From NCBI GenBank assembly GCA_002346225.1, contig DDYY01000055.1, positions 20,986 through 84,985 on the forward strand: 64,000 bases of DNA, in the 5' to 3' direction. A program made the translations under genes and the position numbers. The first letter of the stretch is position 1, and every line of letters starts with the position of its first letter. Below, piece by piece: positions 47,272 through 56,862 of this stretch. This DNA comes from Bacteroidetes bacterium UBA3022 (GTDB lineage: Bacteria > Bacteroidota > Bacteroidia > Chitinophagales > BACL12). The notes under the pieces are model-generated. The model saw only the letters and a program-made list of their open reading frames with translations, searched no databases and was not told the DNA's origin.

Positions 47272-48279
47272 TCAGGAAGCCGGCAATAAGCCCTGTTCCA
47301 GCAAGTACTGGGCAATCTGAACAGCATTGGTGGCGGCGCCCTTGCGCAGGTTATCGGCAACGACCCACAGGTTCAGGGTGTTGTCCTGTGTAAAGTCTTT
47401 CCTTATTCTTCCGACAAAAACAGTGTCTTTGCCTTCTGCATCCAGCGGCATGGGATATTGATTGTGGGCCGGGTCGTCTACCACTTCCACTCCAGGCATC
47501 TCTTCCAGCATGCTTCGAACTTCAGCTACTTCAAAAGGCTTTTCGAAGCGCACATTGATGCTTTCACTATGTCCTCCGGAAACGGGAACGCGCACAGCTG
47601 TAGCGTTGACCATTATCGAATCGCTGCCCAGAATTTTTCTTGTCTCATGGTGGAGTTTCATCTCCTCTTTGGTGAAGTCATTGTCCAGAAAAACATCGCA
47701 GTGCGGCAGTACATTCATATCTATGCGATGCGGATAAGCCGGATTATCAGCTATCCGGCAGTTCGATCTTCTTTCGGTATGCAATTGCATGATGGCATTC
47801 GCTCCGGTGCCCGAAACCGATTGATAGGTACTCACTACTATTCGCTGTATCCCGAATGCCTGGTGGAGCGGATACAAAGCCATCACCATTTGTATGGTGG
47901 AGCAATTGGGATTGGCAATGATGCGCCTTTTACCGACAATGGAGCTGGTGTTTATTTCGGGAACGACCAGCGCGCAATCGGCATCCATTCTGAAAGCGGA
48001 TGAGTTGTCAATTACCCATGCACCGGTGGCTTCAAATCGCGGAGCCCATTCCTGTGCCGTTGTCCCACCGGCAGAAAAGAGCACCAGGTCCGGGCGCTGT
48101 TCAACTGCAGTTGCCGGAGCGATGACGGTAACATCTTTTCCATTAAACTTTACCTGCTTACCGACAGATTTATCGGAAGCGACAGCCAATAACTCCGTTA
48201 CCGGAAAGGAACGCTCTTCGAGCACCCTTCTCATCATTTGTCCAACCAGTCCGGTGACACCTACAATTGCAACTTTCAT
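47272..48279 (-). CDS. asd: Aspartate-semialdehyde dehydrogenase
   Basis: 335 aa with MKVAIVGVTGLVGQ (NAD(P) fold) and the active-site block IANPNCSTIQMV. Confidence 0.95.
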   Translation of the reverse strand: MKVAIVGVTGLVGQMMRRVLEERSFPVTELLAVASDKSVGKQVKFNGKDVTVIAPATAVEQRPDLVLFSAGGTTAQEWAPRFEATGAWVIDNSSAFRMDADCALVVPEINTSSIVGKRRIIANPNCSTIQMVMALYPLHQAFGIQRIVVSTYQSVSGTGANAIMQLHTERRSNCRIADNPAYPHRIDMNVLPHCDVFLDNDFTKEEMKLHHETRKILGSDSIMVNATAVRVPVSGGHSESINVRFEKPFEVAEVRSMLEEMPGVEVVDDPAHNQYPMPLDAEGKDTVFVGRIRKDFTQDNTLNLWVVADNLRKGAATNAVQIAQYLLEQGLLPAS

Positions 48280-48368
48280 TCATGCAAAAGTAGACAGTTG
48301 GTAATTTAATGATGAATTATTCCGGCTAATTTTAGTGAATGCCGGGCTATTTGTAATTTTCGCACTAT

Positions 48369-50963
48369 ATGAAGCGCATATTCCTTGCTGTATGGTGTTG
48401 CTGGTCGTTAACGGGATACTCCCAGACGTTCTCAGATAATTTCTCCGACGGAGACTTCAGCGATGTCTGGACGGGCAGTAGCACAGCATTTTTAGTGAAT
48501 GGCACGTTGCAATTGCAGCTGCAGGGCGATTGTGCCAGTGGTGGGGAAGACTACCTGAGCGCTGCGGTAAGTACCTCCGATACTGCAACCTGGGAGTGCC
48601 GGATAACACTGGGGTTCGACCCGTCGGGCAGCAATAATGCGCGCTTCTATCTTCAATCGGATAATCCTGACCTAGGTGCGAGTCTCAATGGTTATTACGT
48701 GCGGGTAGGGGAAGATGGCAGCAATGATGCGCTCAAACTGTATCGACAGAATGGCACTACCTCCACCTTGTTGCTCAGTGGTACCACCGGCGCCGTTGCA
48801 GTTGCTCCTGATGTGCGCATCAGGGTAGTGCGTACCAGTGGTGATGAATGGCGCTTGTTTGCCGATTACAGCGGGGGAACAGATTTCGTACTGGAAGGAT
48901 TTGTAGAAGACCCCTCACCGGCCAGCGGGATGTACATGGGTGTTTATTGCGATTATACCAGCACCCGTTGCGATGACTTTTACTTTGATGATTTTTTCGC
49001 CGGACCATTGTTTACGGATGAAGACCCGCCCGTGTTAACAGGTGGAACGGTGCTGAATGCTTCACAACTGCGCATTCAGTTCGGTGAGGCCGTAACACCT
49101 GCAAGTGCTGAATCAGAATCGAACTACAGCTTAAGCGGGGGATTCGGAAATCCACTTAATGCACAAATAGATGCAGATAATCCAAGTAGGGTAGTGCTCA
49201 CTTTCGCGGACGAGTTTCCGAATGGTGCAACGCTTACCCTGGAGTGTTCCGATATCAGTGACCTGGCGGGAAATATAGCTGGCCTGCAGGTTTTCGAATT
49301 CTCTTATTACGCTGTGCAGCCGCTGGATGTGCTGATTACTGAAATTATGGCGGACCCGGAACCGGTGGTGGGACTACCCGCAGAAGAGTACCTGGAACTA
49401 TGGAATGCCACGACACTGCCCATCGATCTTTCGGGCTATACCATTGCCGATGCCACCTCTTTCTCCGGTGCATTTCCGGCATTTGTACTCGACCCCGGTG
49501 TGTATGTGATTATTACCGACATAGACAATGAAGATTTATATACATCTTATGGAGATGTGATTGGTGTCGACGGATTGCCTTCCCTCAACAATACGGGCGA
49601 TAGTCTGCAGGTATGGAATGCTGAAATGGTCCTGGTGCATCAGGTGAACTACAGCGATAGCTGGTACCGCAACGCTATCAAGGAAGACGGGGGTTATTCG
49701 CTGGAGATGATAGATACACAGAACCCTTGTCAGGGGGCTGATAACTGGATAGCATCAGATGCGGCAATTGGCGGAACACCGGGACAAGTTAACAGCGTGG
49801 CAGCCTCCAACCCCGATGAGGTGGCTCCGGAACTCAGCAGTGTTTTCCCGCTCGATCCCAATACCCTTCAAGTAGTGTTCAGCGAGGTTGTGGTAGCGGG
49901 CAGTATTACGCTCGATGGTTTCACGGTGAATAATGGAATCGGTGTACCTGTGTCATTTACTTTTGACGGAGAACGCACCGTTGCCTTGCAGTTGGCTACA
50001 CCGCTTGCACCCGGAGTTGTTTATGTACTGGAATGCAGCGGTATCAGTGACTGCAGCGGAAACGGCATCAGTTTAGGCAGTGCCATGGAATTTGGCATAC
50101 CCGAACCGCCGGAGGCAAATGATATTGTCATCAATGAAATTCTTTTCAACCCCGTGACCGGCGGATATGATTTTGTAGAACTATATAACCGCTCTAATAA
50201 GTTGATTGACCTTTCCGGTCTGCGTTTGGTAGAACTGGATGTTGCGGACACTACTAATGTGCTGGAGTTTTGTGCGGTCAGTAATACTCCAAGGCTTCTG
50301 CTTCCCGGTCAGTTCTTTATTCTGACAGAAAACATTGAGGGTATTATCACGCAGTACAGTCCGCCAATGGGCATGCTGTTTTCAGAAGACAACGATATGC
50401 CTAATTTTCCGGATGACGAAGGTATTGCACTACTGGAAACCTTGTCTTTTACCCCCATCGACAGACTGCAATACAACAGCGACTGGCATTACGCATTGCT
50501 CGAAGATGAAGATGGCGTTTCACTCGAGCGTCTGAATTATGAGCTTCCGTCTCAGGATGCAGACAACTGGCATTCTGCAGCGGAAGCAGTCGGGTTTGCT
50601 ACACCGGGCAGGATCAACTCTGTGTTCAGCTCCTTTACAGGTAGTGCTGCAATTTTTGAGCTGGAATACCCTGTATTCACACCGGATGGCGACGCCTTCA
50701 GGGATGTGCTGGTACTATCTTATCAGATGCCGGGTGTGGGTTACACGGCCAATATTCAAATGTACGACCTGGCTGGTCGGCCTGTTGCCACCGTGGCATC
50801 CAATCTGTTACTGGCCGAATCGGGCTTGCTCACCTGGGACGGTATTACAGATGAGGGTGAGGCCGCTCCTATGGGTATCTATATGATTTTTGCAGAAGTG
50901 TTCAACCTGAACGGCAACGTAGAACGCCACAAGTTAAAGTGCACGCTTGCCAGAAGGGAATAA
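48369..50963 (+). CDS. Large secreted multidomain protein: ConA-like N-domain, Ig-like domains, two lamin-tail (LTD) domains, FlgD-Ig/T9SS-like C-terminal beta domain
   Basis: 864 aa with a signal peptide. There are two LTD-like segments (VLITEIMADPEP...EYLELWNAT...DLSGYTI and IVINEILFNPVTGGYDFVELYNRS...DLSGLRL). The C-terminus is FTPDGDAFRDVLVLSY...MYDLAGRPV...GIYMIF. Confidence 0.65.
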   Translation: MKRIFLAVWCCWSLTGYSQTFSDNFSDGDFSDVWTGSSTAFLVNGTLQLQLQGDCASGGEDYLSAAVSTSDTATWECRITLGFDPSGSNNARFYLQSDNPDLGASLNGYYVRVGEDGSNDALKLYRQNGTTSTLLLSGTTGAVAVAPDVRIRVVRTSGDEWRLFADYSGGTDFVLEGFVEDPSPASGMYMGVYCDYTSTRCDDFYFDDFFAGPLFTDEDPPVLTGGTVLNASQLRIQFGEAVTPASAESESNYSLSGGFGNPLNAQIDADNPSRVVLTFADEFPNGATLTLECSDISDLAGNIAGLQVFEFSYYAVQPLDVLITEIMADPEPVVGLPAEEYLELWNATTLPIDLSGYTIADATSFSGAFPAFVLDPGVYVIITDIDNEDLYTSYGDVIGVDGLPSLNNTGDSLQVWNAEMVLVHQVNYSDSWYRNAIKEDGGYSLEMIDTQNPCQGADNWIASDAAIGGTPGQVNSVAASNPDEVAPELSSVFPLDPNTLQVVFSEVVVAGSITLDGFTVNNGIGVPVSFTFDGERTVALQLATPLAPGVVYVLECSGISDCSGNGISLGSAMEFGIPEPPEANDIVINEILFNPVTGGYDFVELYNRSNKLIDLSGLRLVELDVADTTNVLEFCAVSNTPRLLLPGQFFILTENIEGIITQYSPPMGMLFSEDNDMPNFPDDEGIALLETLSFTPIDRLQYNSDWHYALLEDEDGVSLERLNYELPSQDADNWHSAAEAVGFATPGRINSVFSSFTGSAAIFELEYPVFTPDGDAFRDVLVLSYQMPGVGYTANIQMYDLAGRPVATVASNLLLAESGLLTWDGITDEGEAAPMGIYMIFAEVFNLNGNVERHKLKCTLARRE

Positions 50964-50990
50964 AAAAAGCGAGCACCGGGCTCGCCTTTA
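50962..50990. terminator. Bidirectional terminator between convergent genes
   Basis: GCGAGC-accgg-GCTCGC hairpin flanked by AAAAAAA on the left and TTT on the right. Read on the minus strand, the hairpin is followed by a 7-T run, giving a strong terminator for 51010..51453. Confidence 0.7.
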
Positions 50991-51009
50991 AAAGTTGGTA
51001 GAACAGGAA

Positions 51010-51453
51010 TTACTCTATGCGGAGTAATTCGTATTCAATTGTTGTAGTCACATTAATTTCATCTGTAAGCGCTACAGTTTCGGTATACACAATTACCTGA
51101 CGGTCTTTTTCATTTACCTGAAAGGCAAATTCGAACTCTTCATTATCGTACTCAATGATGAGCGTGTTGGCATCCGTAATGCTCCACTCAAATTCAATGA
51201 ACTGAAACTCGTCCGGATCTTTCAGGTCTATCCACTGACCATCATTGTTGGTAAAAAAGTACATATATCCCGAATCGCCATATTCTGTTACATCATCCGG
51301 CTGACCGGTGGTAGAAATGGTGATGGTGTAGTTGTCAATATTCCAGCGTCCGCTTTGCCTTGTCAGGTTATCGGCTAATTGTGTCTGCTGAGAACAAGAA
51401 GCCAGTGTAAGGGCTGCTCCCAGGATAAATAAAGACAGTCGTAGTTTTTTCAT
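51010..51453 (-). CDS. Hypothetical lipoprotein (lipocalin-like size; paralog of 51465..51938)
   Basis: 147 aa with lipobox LTLASCS. It shares LT+.SG.WN+D and later blocks with the upstream paralog. Confidence 0.6.
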   Translation of the reverse strand: MKKLRLSLFILGAALTLASCSQQTQLADNLTRQSGRWNIDNYTITISTTGQPDDVTEYGDSGYMYFFTNNDGQWIDLKDPDEFQFIEFEWSITDANTLIIEYDNEEFEFAFQVNEKDRQVIVYTETVALTDEINVTTTIEYELLRIE

Positions 51454-51464
51454 AACTGGTGTGG

Positions 51465-51938
51465 TTATTTATTCGCAATCTCTTCTTCGCGCACAAGACG
51501 CAGTTCTGTAGTCGTAGTTACTGTAACGGAACCTACTGTTTCAACATCTTCGCTGGTCCAGATTTGTTCATCCTTGCTTACCTCGTTGACAGCGTATTCG
51601 GTTTCAGTATCAGGGAAGTCTTCAAAATTCAGAATAACAGAGTTAGCGGTGTTCTCCCATTCGAAGTAATAGGCAACATTCAACATTACCAGGGTATCAT
51701 AGGTAATCCATACGCCTCTGCCTGAGTCATAAAAGGAAACTTCTCCCACATTGAAATCCTGGGTATTAATCGGGTTGTCGGGATCGTTGGAAAATACAGT
51801 CGTGCTTTTTATTTCATCGAGGTTCCAAAGGCCACTGTCTTTGGTAAGCGTATTCTGCAGTTTTATCTCATCTGAGCAGGATGCCAACACGAGACCCAAA
51901 GCTGCGACTGCCGTAAATAAAAGTCCTTTTCTATTCAT
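51465..51938 (-). CDS. Hypothetical lipoprotein (paralog of 51010..51453)
   Basis: 157 aa with lipobox LVLASCS. It is in tandem with its paralog, 11 nt apart. Confidence 0.6.
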   Translation of the reverse strand: MNRKGLLFTAVAALGLVLASCSDEIKLQNTLTKDSGLWNLDEIKSTTVFSNDPDNPINTQDFNVGEVSFYDSGRGVWITYDTLVMLNVAYYFEWENTANSVILNFEDFPDTETEYAVNEVSKDEQIWTSEDVETVGSVTVTTTTELRLVREEEIANK

Positions 51939-52071
51939 GATATAGCGGTATGAATGGCAAAATTAACGAAATATTGCGCGTAAAATTATTGTTTAGGCAG
52001 GCAGTACAGGTGTTATTTTCATCAATTTGTCATATAAATGGTACAGCAGGAGCCCGGAATAGATTGTTTTT

Positions 52072-52650
52072 TCAATCATTTTGGTCGATATAGGTGGGTT
52101 TTTTCAGGTATTTCATCAGCAGAATATCGATTACGGAATGCGCAGTAATAGCAGTAAGAATGCCAAAAAAACGCATCAAATAACCGAAACCCGCACACAC
52201 CACCACCATGAATAATCCGTATACCAGAACGGGTCGGTCTTTTAAATCGAGGTAGCCGTGCAAGGCAATGAATACAAAGGCGGTGGCCCATACCCCTATC
52301 CAGGGTTGTATGCCGCCCCGGAACAACAGCTCTTCCCCAATACCTGCACAAAGAGAGATAAACACAATATCTATGGTCCGCATTTTGAAACGCAGCATCA
52401 GGTTGCTGAATACAGTTCTTGCCGCATCCATCACCCGGCGCCGCAACAGCAGTAGCATGAGCATGCTGGATAGCCAGCCGTATACAATACCGATGCCGAG
52501 TTGAACTGCCCAGTCTTGCAGGTTATCGGGGAATAGTGCCTGCCAAGGTATGCGGTGTACCAGCAAAATAAGCAAAACGCCTATTCCGCCCATTCCCACT
52601 AAGGTGAGCAAGCCGGCTACATATATGGGCCTGCGGGCTTTGCTCAGCAA
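52072..52650 (-). CDS. CPBP family intramembrane glutamic endopeptidase (CAAX protease/Abi-type)
   Basis: 192 aa polytopic protein with motif 1 GIGEELLFRGGIQ and a later ITAHSVID histidine motif. Confidence 0.8.
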   Translation of the reverse strand: MLSKARRPIYVAGLLTLVGMGGIGVLLILLVHRIPWQALFPDNLQDWAVQLGIGIVYGWLSSMLMLLLLRRRVMDAARTVFSNLMLRFKMRTIDIVFISLCAGIGEELLFRGGIQPWIGVWATAFVFIALHGYLDLKDRPVLVYGLFMVVVCAGFGYLMRFFGILTAITAHSVIDILLMKYLKKPTYIDQND

Positions 52651-52651
52651 A

Positions 52652-53671
52652 TTAGCGGGTCGTTGTTAAGGTGGAAGTTCCTGTGATGGAGATGCTCATT
52701 TTTTGACCCTGAGCTTCCATGTTCAGGTTGAGTTTTTGTTCCAGATTAGATTCCATGGACCATCCCGATTCCCTTTCTACTTTCATGGTTCCTTTCTGAT
52801 AGCCGGTCATCGTTACCTCATCACCGCTGCCGCCCAGACTCCGCAGCATATCCTTATCGATAGAAAAGTTAGAGTAGACATCCACCCATGCATATTGCGC
52901 ATCGTAGCGCTGCAGGGTGAACGTGTTGCGCATGATGGTAGGAAAGCCTCCCATATCTACCGAATCTACGGTAGCCCATGAGTCGCCGTTGGCAACCGGT
53001 TTGGGGGGGAAGGCTACAAAGCTGTTCACCACCTCCTGATTCATGTCGCTCATTTGCATAGATGCGGTAACGGCTTCATTGCCCAGTTTCTCGGCAATCT
53101 TTCCCTGTACGGCCTCTATTCCTTTTATGCCGATTACTTCCGCATTGCGGTCCATGGTAATATCGATGGGCATGTTGATGTAGCAATCCAGAATCTGGCG
53201 CATCATATCAATTTCTGGGTCTTTCGAAGGTTTTCCCGACTCGAACCCCGCTGAGATAGTGTCTTGCTTCATCATCGCCTTAAAGTAGCTCACCGTAGAA
53301 GAGAGTGTGATGCTTTTGCCGGGGATATTTTCCAGTACCTTGATCTTGTTGTTGGTCGAAATGTCCATCAGACTGCTTGAACTTTGGTCGAACATGCTCT
53401 GGCGGATATTGGTAACCGTCTTCATCTTGGTAGAATAGGTGACTCCTTTCGGCGGATTAAACCGCAAAACAATTTCATTGTCTTTGGGAGCAGGAATATC
53501 TTCCTCTGCTATATCCACTTCGTCTGCGAAGAAAATATCGCTGTCACCGGCAATGTCAAGGCTGTCGGACGCTACTACCTGATTGTCGGTATCGGTTTGT
53601 TCTTTGTTTTTACATGACGCGGTAAGGAGTACCAGCGTCAGGGCGAGTAGCCCAATGGATGTTTTTTTCAT
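52652..53671 (-). CDS. Hypothetical lipoprotein
   Basis: 339 aa with lipobox LLTASCK. No motif recognised. It is separated by 1 nt from the CPBP gene, so co-transcription is likely. Confidence 0.55.
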   Translation of the reverse strand: MKKTSIGLLALTLVLLTASCKNKEQTDTDNQVVASDSLDIAGDSDIFFADEVDIAEEDIPAPKDNEIVLRFNPPKGVTYSTKMKTVTNIRQSMFDQSSSSLMDISTNNKIKVLENIPGKSITLSSTVSYFKAMMKQDTISAGFESGKPSKDPEIDMMRQILDCYINMPIDITMDRNAEVIGIKGIEAVQGKIAEKLGNEAVTASMQMSDMNQEVVNSFVAFPPKPVANGDSWATVDSVDMGGFPTIMRNTFTLQRYDAQYAWVDVYSNFSIDKDMLRSLGGSGDEVTMTGYQKGTMKVERESGWSMESNLEQKLNLNMEAQGQKMSISITGTSTLTTTR

Positions 53672-53721
53672 ACGCTATATAAGAGCGCCAAAGTTACCCG
53701 AAAATTGTTACATTCGGCTCG

Positions 53722-56700
53722 ATGGAACAGCACCCCGATTATAATGCGGCCTTTAAAAAAGCATACGCAGGATTGAATGCGGCACAAAAGGAAGCCGTTG
53801 ATGCGATAGAAGGTCCGGTGATGGTAGTGGCGGGGCCGGGTACAGGAAAAACACAAATACTTTCTGTCCGGATTGGCAACATACTGCAGCAGACAGACAC
53901 CCAACCCGAGAATATTCTGTGTCTCACCTATACCGACGCCGGAACCATTGCCATGCGCCGAAGGCTGCTTACGTTCATTGGTCCGGATGCGTACCGTGTG
54001 CAGATACAAACGTTTCATGCTTTTTGTAATGAGGTTATTCAAAGCCATCCGCACCTCTTTGGAAAGCGTGACCTCGACCTTATCAGCGATCTGGAGAACA
54101 TAGAACTGCTGGAGCAATTGCTGCTGCAACTTCCACCCCAGCACATATTAAGAAAATTCAAAGGAGACCTTTCCTTCGATATCGGCAAACTGAATAATTT
54201 ATTCAGACAAATGAAAGAGGAGGACTGGACCGTGGAAGTTATCAGCCATGCAGTGGACAGTTATATTGCAGACCTGCCCACAAGGGATGAATACATATAT
54301 AAGAAAGGCTCACCTAAGAAGGGAATTAAGGCCGGCGACCTGAAGCAGGCAGCTATTGATAAAGAAACGGAGCGCATGGAAAAACTGCGCGCCGGGGCTG
54401 CGTTGTATCCCATCATGCAGGAGAAGATGCGGGAATTGGGTCGCTACGACTACAGCGATATGATATTGTGGGTGCTCAAGGCATTTCAGACCAATGAAGA
54501 CCTGTTGCGCACTTACCAGGAACGGTATCAATATGTGCTGGTGGACGAATACCAGGATACCAACGGCTCACAGAATGAAATCCTGCAGCTGCTGATCAAT
54601 TTCTGGGATGTGCCGAATGTATTCGTGGTGGGTGATGATGACCAGAGTATTTATGAGTTTCAGGGCGCCCGCGTTCAAAACATATTAGATTTTTATAATA
54701 AGTATGCTGCTCATATCAAGACGGTTGTTCTTACCGACAACTATCGGAGCGTTCAGCAGGTGCTGGATGCGGCAAAGGCGGTCATTGACAGAAATAACGA
54801 TAGGCTGATCCGGCATATTGAAGGATTGTCCAAGGAGCTTTTTTCCAGCAATCCGGCACTGTCAGCATTGGATAGCCAACCTGAAGTGCATGTGTATCCC
54901 GACCTGCTGCAGGAAAATGCCGGCATACTGGAAAGCATAAAGCGGGCTTTACAGGAGGGACTTCCCCCGACAGAAATTGCGGTGATTTACCACCGGCATG
55001 CGCAGGCCGAAGACCTCGCACTGTTGTTCGAGAAGGCTGGTTTACCCTATACCATGCGGAAGAAAATCAACGCCCTTGACCATCCCTTCATTCGACAAAT
55101 ATTACAAATTCTGGTCTATGTTTCGGAAGAATTCGGACAGCCTAATTCAGCGCAGCACCTGTTGTTTGAGTTGTTGTACTATCCCTATTTTAATATTAGA
55201 AAATATGATATAGTTTCTATTGCAGCCTATATTCAAAGCAAAAGAGGACCGCTCACCTGGCGGATGGTTATGTCCGATGAAAACCTTGCCAGAGAAGTGC
55301 GACTCAAAGACCCGGAGCAGTTGCAACAGCTGGATGGGCTGCTTGCTACCTGGATTGGAGAGGTAGCCAGCCTTACACTTCCCATGTTGCTGGAAAAAAT
55401 ATTGAATGAAGGTGGAATTTTACGCTATATAGCTGCACATGAGGAGAAGCTGTTTTTGCTGGAGCTTGTCAATACCTTGTTTGATTTTGTGAAACAGGAG
55501 GCTGCAAGAAAGCCATCCATGCGGGTGCAGGACCTGATGGATGTATTCCATCAAATGCAAACGCATGGTATTCAGCTACCCGTAGTGAGAACTAATGGTC
55601 TGGAAGGAGGTGTTCAGTTTGTAACCTGTCATTCAGCCAAGGGGCTGGAATTTGACACGGTTTTCTTGATGGGTTTGACCCGCAACAAGTGGGAAAGTGC
55701 ACGAGGTAACAACTATCAGTTTAAATATCCTGATACCCTGACCAAAAGTGCAGCCACCAACGAAATAGAAGCACTGCGTCGGTTGTTTTACGTTGCCATT
55801 ACCAGGGCCAAGAAACACTTGTTCCTCTCGTATGCAGCAGCGGGCAACGATGGAAAGGAGCAGGAGCCTTCGCTCTTCATTGCGGAAGTAATGGAAAGCG
55901 GAGTGGTGGCATCCAGGGATGTGGAGCTGGAGGAAGCAGCTATCGAGCAGACGCGGTTTGCCTTGTTAACTACCAGTCCACCCATGGATATCCCCATGCT
56001 GGAGGAGGCTTATCTGAAGACCAGAACAGAACATTTTGTTTTAAGTGCTTCTTCCCTGAATACGTATTTGAAATGTCCGGTTACCTTCTACTTTCAGCAG
56101 ATATTGCGGGTGCCGCAAGCCAAAAGCGATAGCATGCAGTTTGGAACAGCCATACATGATGCACTGCAACGGCTGTTTGCGAAAATGAAAGACAATCATC
56201 AGCAATTCCCGTCGGCTGAAGAACTGGTGCGGGACTTTACCTTTTATATGCACCAGCATCGGGAGGCCTTTACCGATCAGCAATTCAAGAACAGACTCGA
56301 GTACGGACAACTCATTCTGCCGGAGTACTATAATCACTATATCGGCACATGGAACAAGGTGGTAACTACTGAATACCCTATCCGCAATGTAACCATAGAA
56401 GGTATTCCACTGACAGGGAAGCTCGACAAGCTCGAGTTTGATGGCAACGAAGTGGTAGTGGTAGATTATAAAACAGGGAACATAAAATACGCCAAGGATA
56501 AGCTGGAGCGTCCGGGGGAGAAAATGGAACATGGCGGTGACTACTGGAGGCAGATGGTTTTCTATCAGCTGCTCATGGATCTGCAACGGCAGAAAAACTG
56601 GAAGATGGTCAAAGGTGAATTTGATTTTGTGGAGAAGAATGCAGAAACCAATGCGTTTGAAAAAGCCGTAGTGGTTGTTTCAGAAGAAGATAAGGCCATC

Positions 56701-56805
56701 GTGGTGGAGCAAATCCGCACTGTGTACGCCTCCATAAGGGAGCATCAGTTTGCGAATGGTTGCAGTGAAGAGGATTGTTACTATTGCAATTTAGTGAAGA
56801 ATTAG
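53722..56805 (+). CDS. UvrD/PcrA-type SF1 helicase fused to a C-terminal PD-(D/E)XK (Cas4/AddB-like) nuclease domain with Cys cluster
   Basis: 1027 aa. Walker A is VVAGPGTGKTQIL, with YVLVDEYQDTNGSQ, VVGDDDQSIYEFQGA and a helicase C-half (VTCHSAKGLEFDTVFL). The nuclease part has YLKCP, GKLDKLE...VVVDYKTG, YWRQMVFYQLL and GCSEEDCYYCN. Confidence 0.85.
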   Translation: MEQHPDYNAAFKKAYAGLNAAQKEAVDAIEGPVMVVAGPGTGKTQILSVRIGNILQQTDTQPENILCLTYTDAGTIAMRRRLLTFIGPDAYRVQIQTFHAFCNEVIQSHPHLFGKRDLDLISDLENIELLEQLLLQLPPQHILRKFKGDLSFDIGKLNNLFRQMKEEDWTVEVISHAVDSYIADLPTRDEYIYKKGSPKKGIKAGDLKQAAIDKETERMEKLRAGAALYPIMQEKMRELGRYDYSDMILWVLKAFQTNEDLLRTYQERYQYVLVDEYQDTNGSQNEILQLLINFWDVPNVFVVGDDDQSIYEFQGARVQNILDFYNKYAAHIKTVVLTDNYRSVQQVLDAAKAVIDRNNDRLIRHIEGLSKELFSSNPALSALDSQPEVHVYPDLLQENAGILESIKRALQEGLPPTEIAVIYHRHAQAEDLALLFEKAGLPYTMRKKINALDHPFIRQILQILVYVSEEFGQPNSAQHLLFELLYYPYFNIRKYDIVSIAAYIQSKRGPLTWRMVMSDENLAREVRLKDPEQLQQLDGLLATWIGEVASLTLPMLLEKILNEGGILRYIAAHEEKLFLLELVNTLFDFVKQEAARKPSMRVQDLMDVFHQMQTHGIQLPVVRTNGLEGGVQFVTCHSAKGLEFDTVFLMGLTRNKWESARGNNYQFKYPDTLTKSAATNEIEALRRLFYVAITRAKKHLFLSYAAAGNDGKEQEPSLFIAEVMESGVVASRDVELEEAAIEQTRFALLTTSPPMDIPMLEEAYLKTRTEHFVLSASSLNTYLKCPVTFYFQQILRVPQAKSDSMQFGTAIHDALQRLFAKMKDNHQQFPSAEELVRDFTFYMHQHREAFTDQQFKNRLEYGQLILPEYYNHYIGTWNKVVTTEYPIRNVTIEGIPLTGKLDKLEFDGNEVVVVDYKTGNIKYAKDKLERPGEKMEHGGDYWRQMVFYQLLMDLQRQKNWKMVKGEFDFVEKNAETNAFEKAVVVVSEEDKAIVVEQIRTVYASIREHQFANGCSEEDCYYCNLVKN

Positions 56806-56862
56806 TATCGGTCTAAGGGTAATTAATAATACTTGATTAACTTTCAGAGCAGATAAATCAGT

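Noticed and set aside
53668-54144. 158-aa minus-strand ORF overlapping the 5' end of the helicase gene
   Set aside because: It overlaps the Walker-A-containing start of a clearly coding helicase gene, has no motif, and would leave the helicase without its promoter region.
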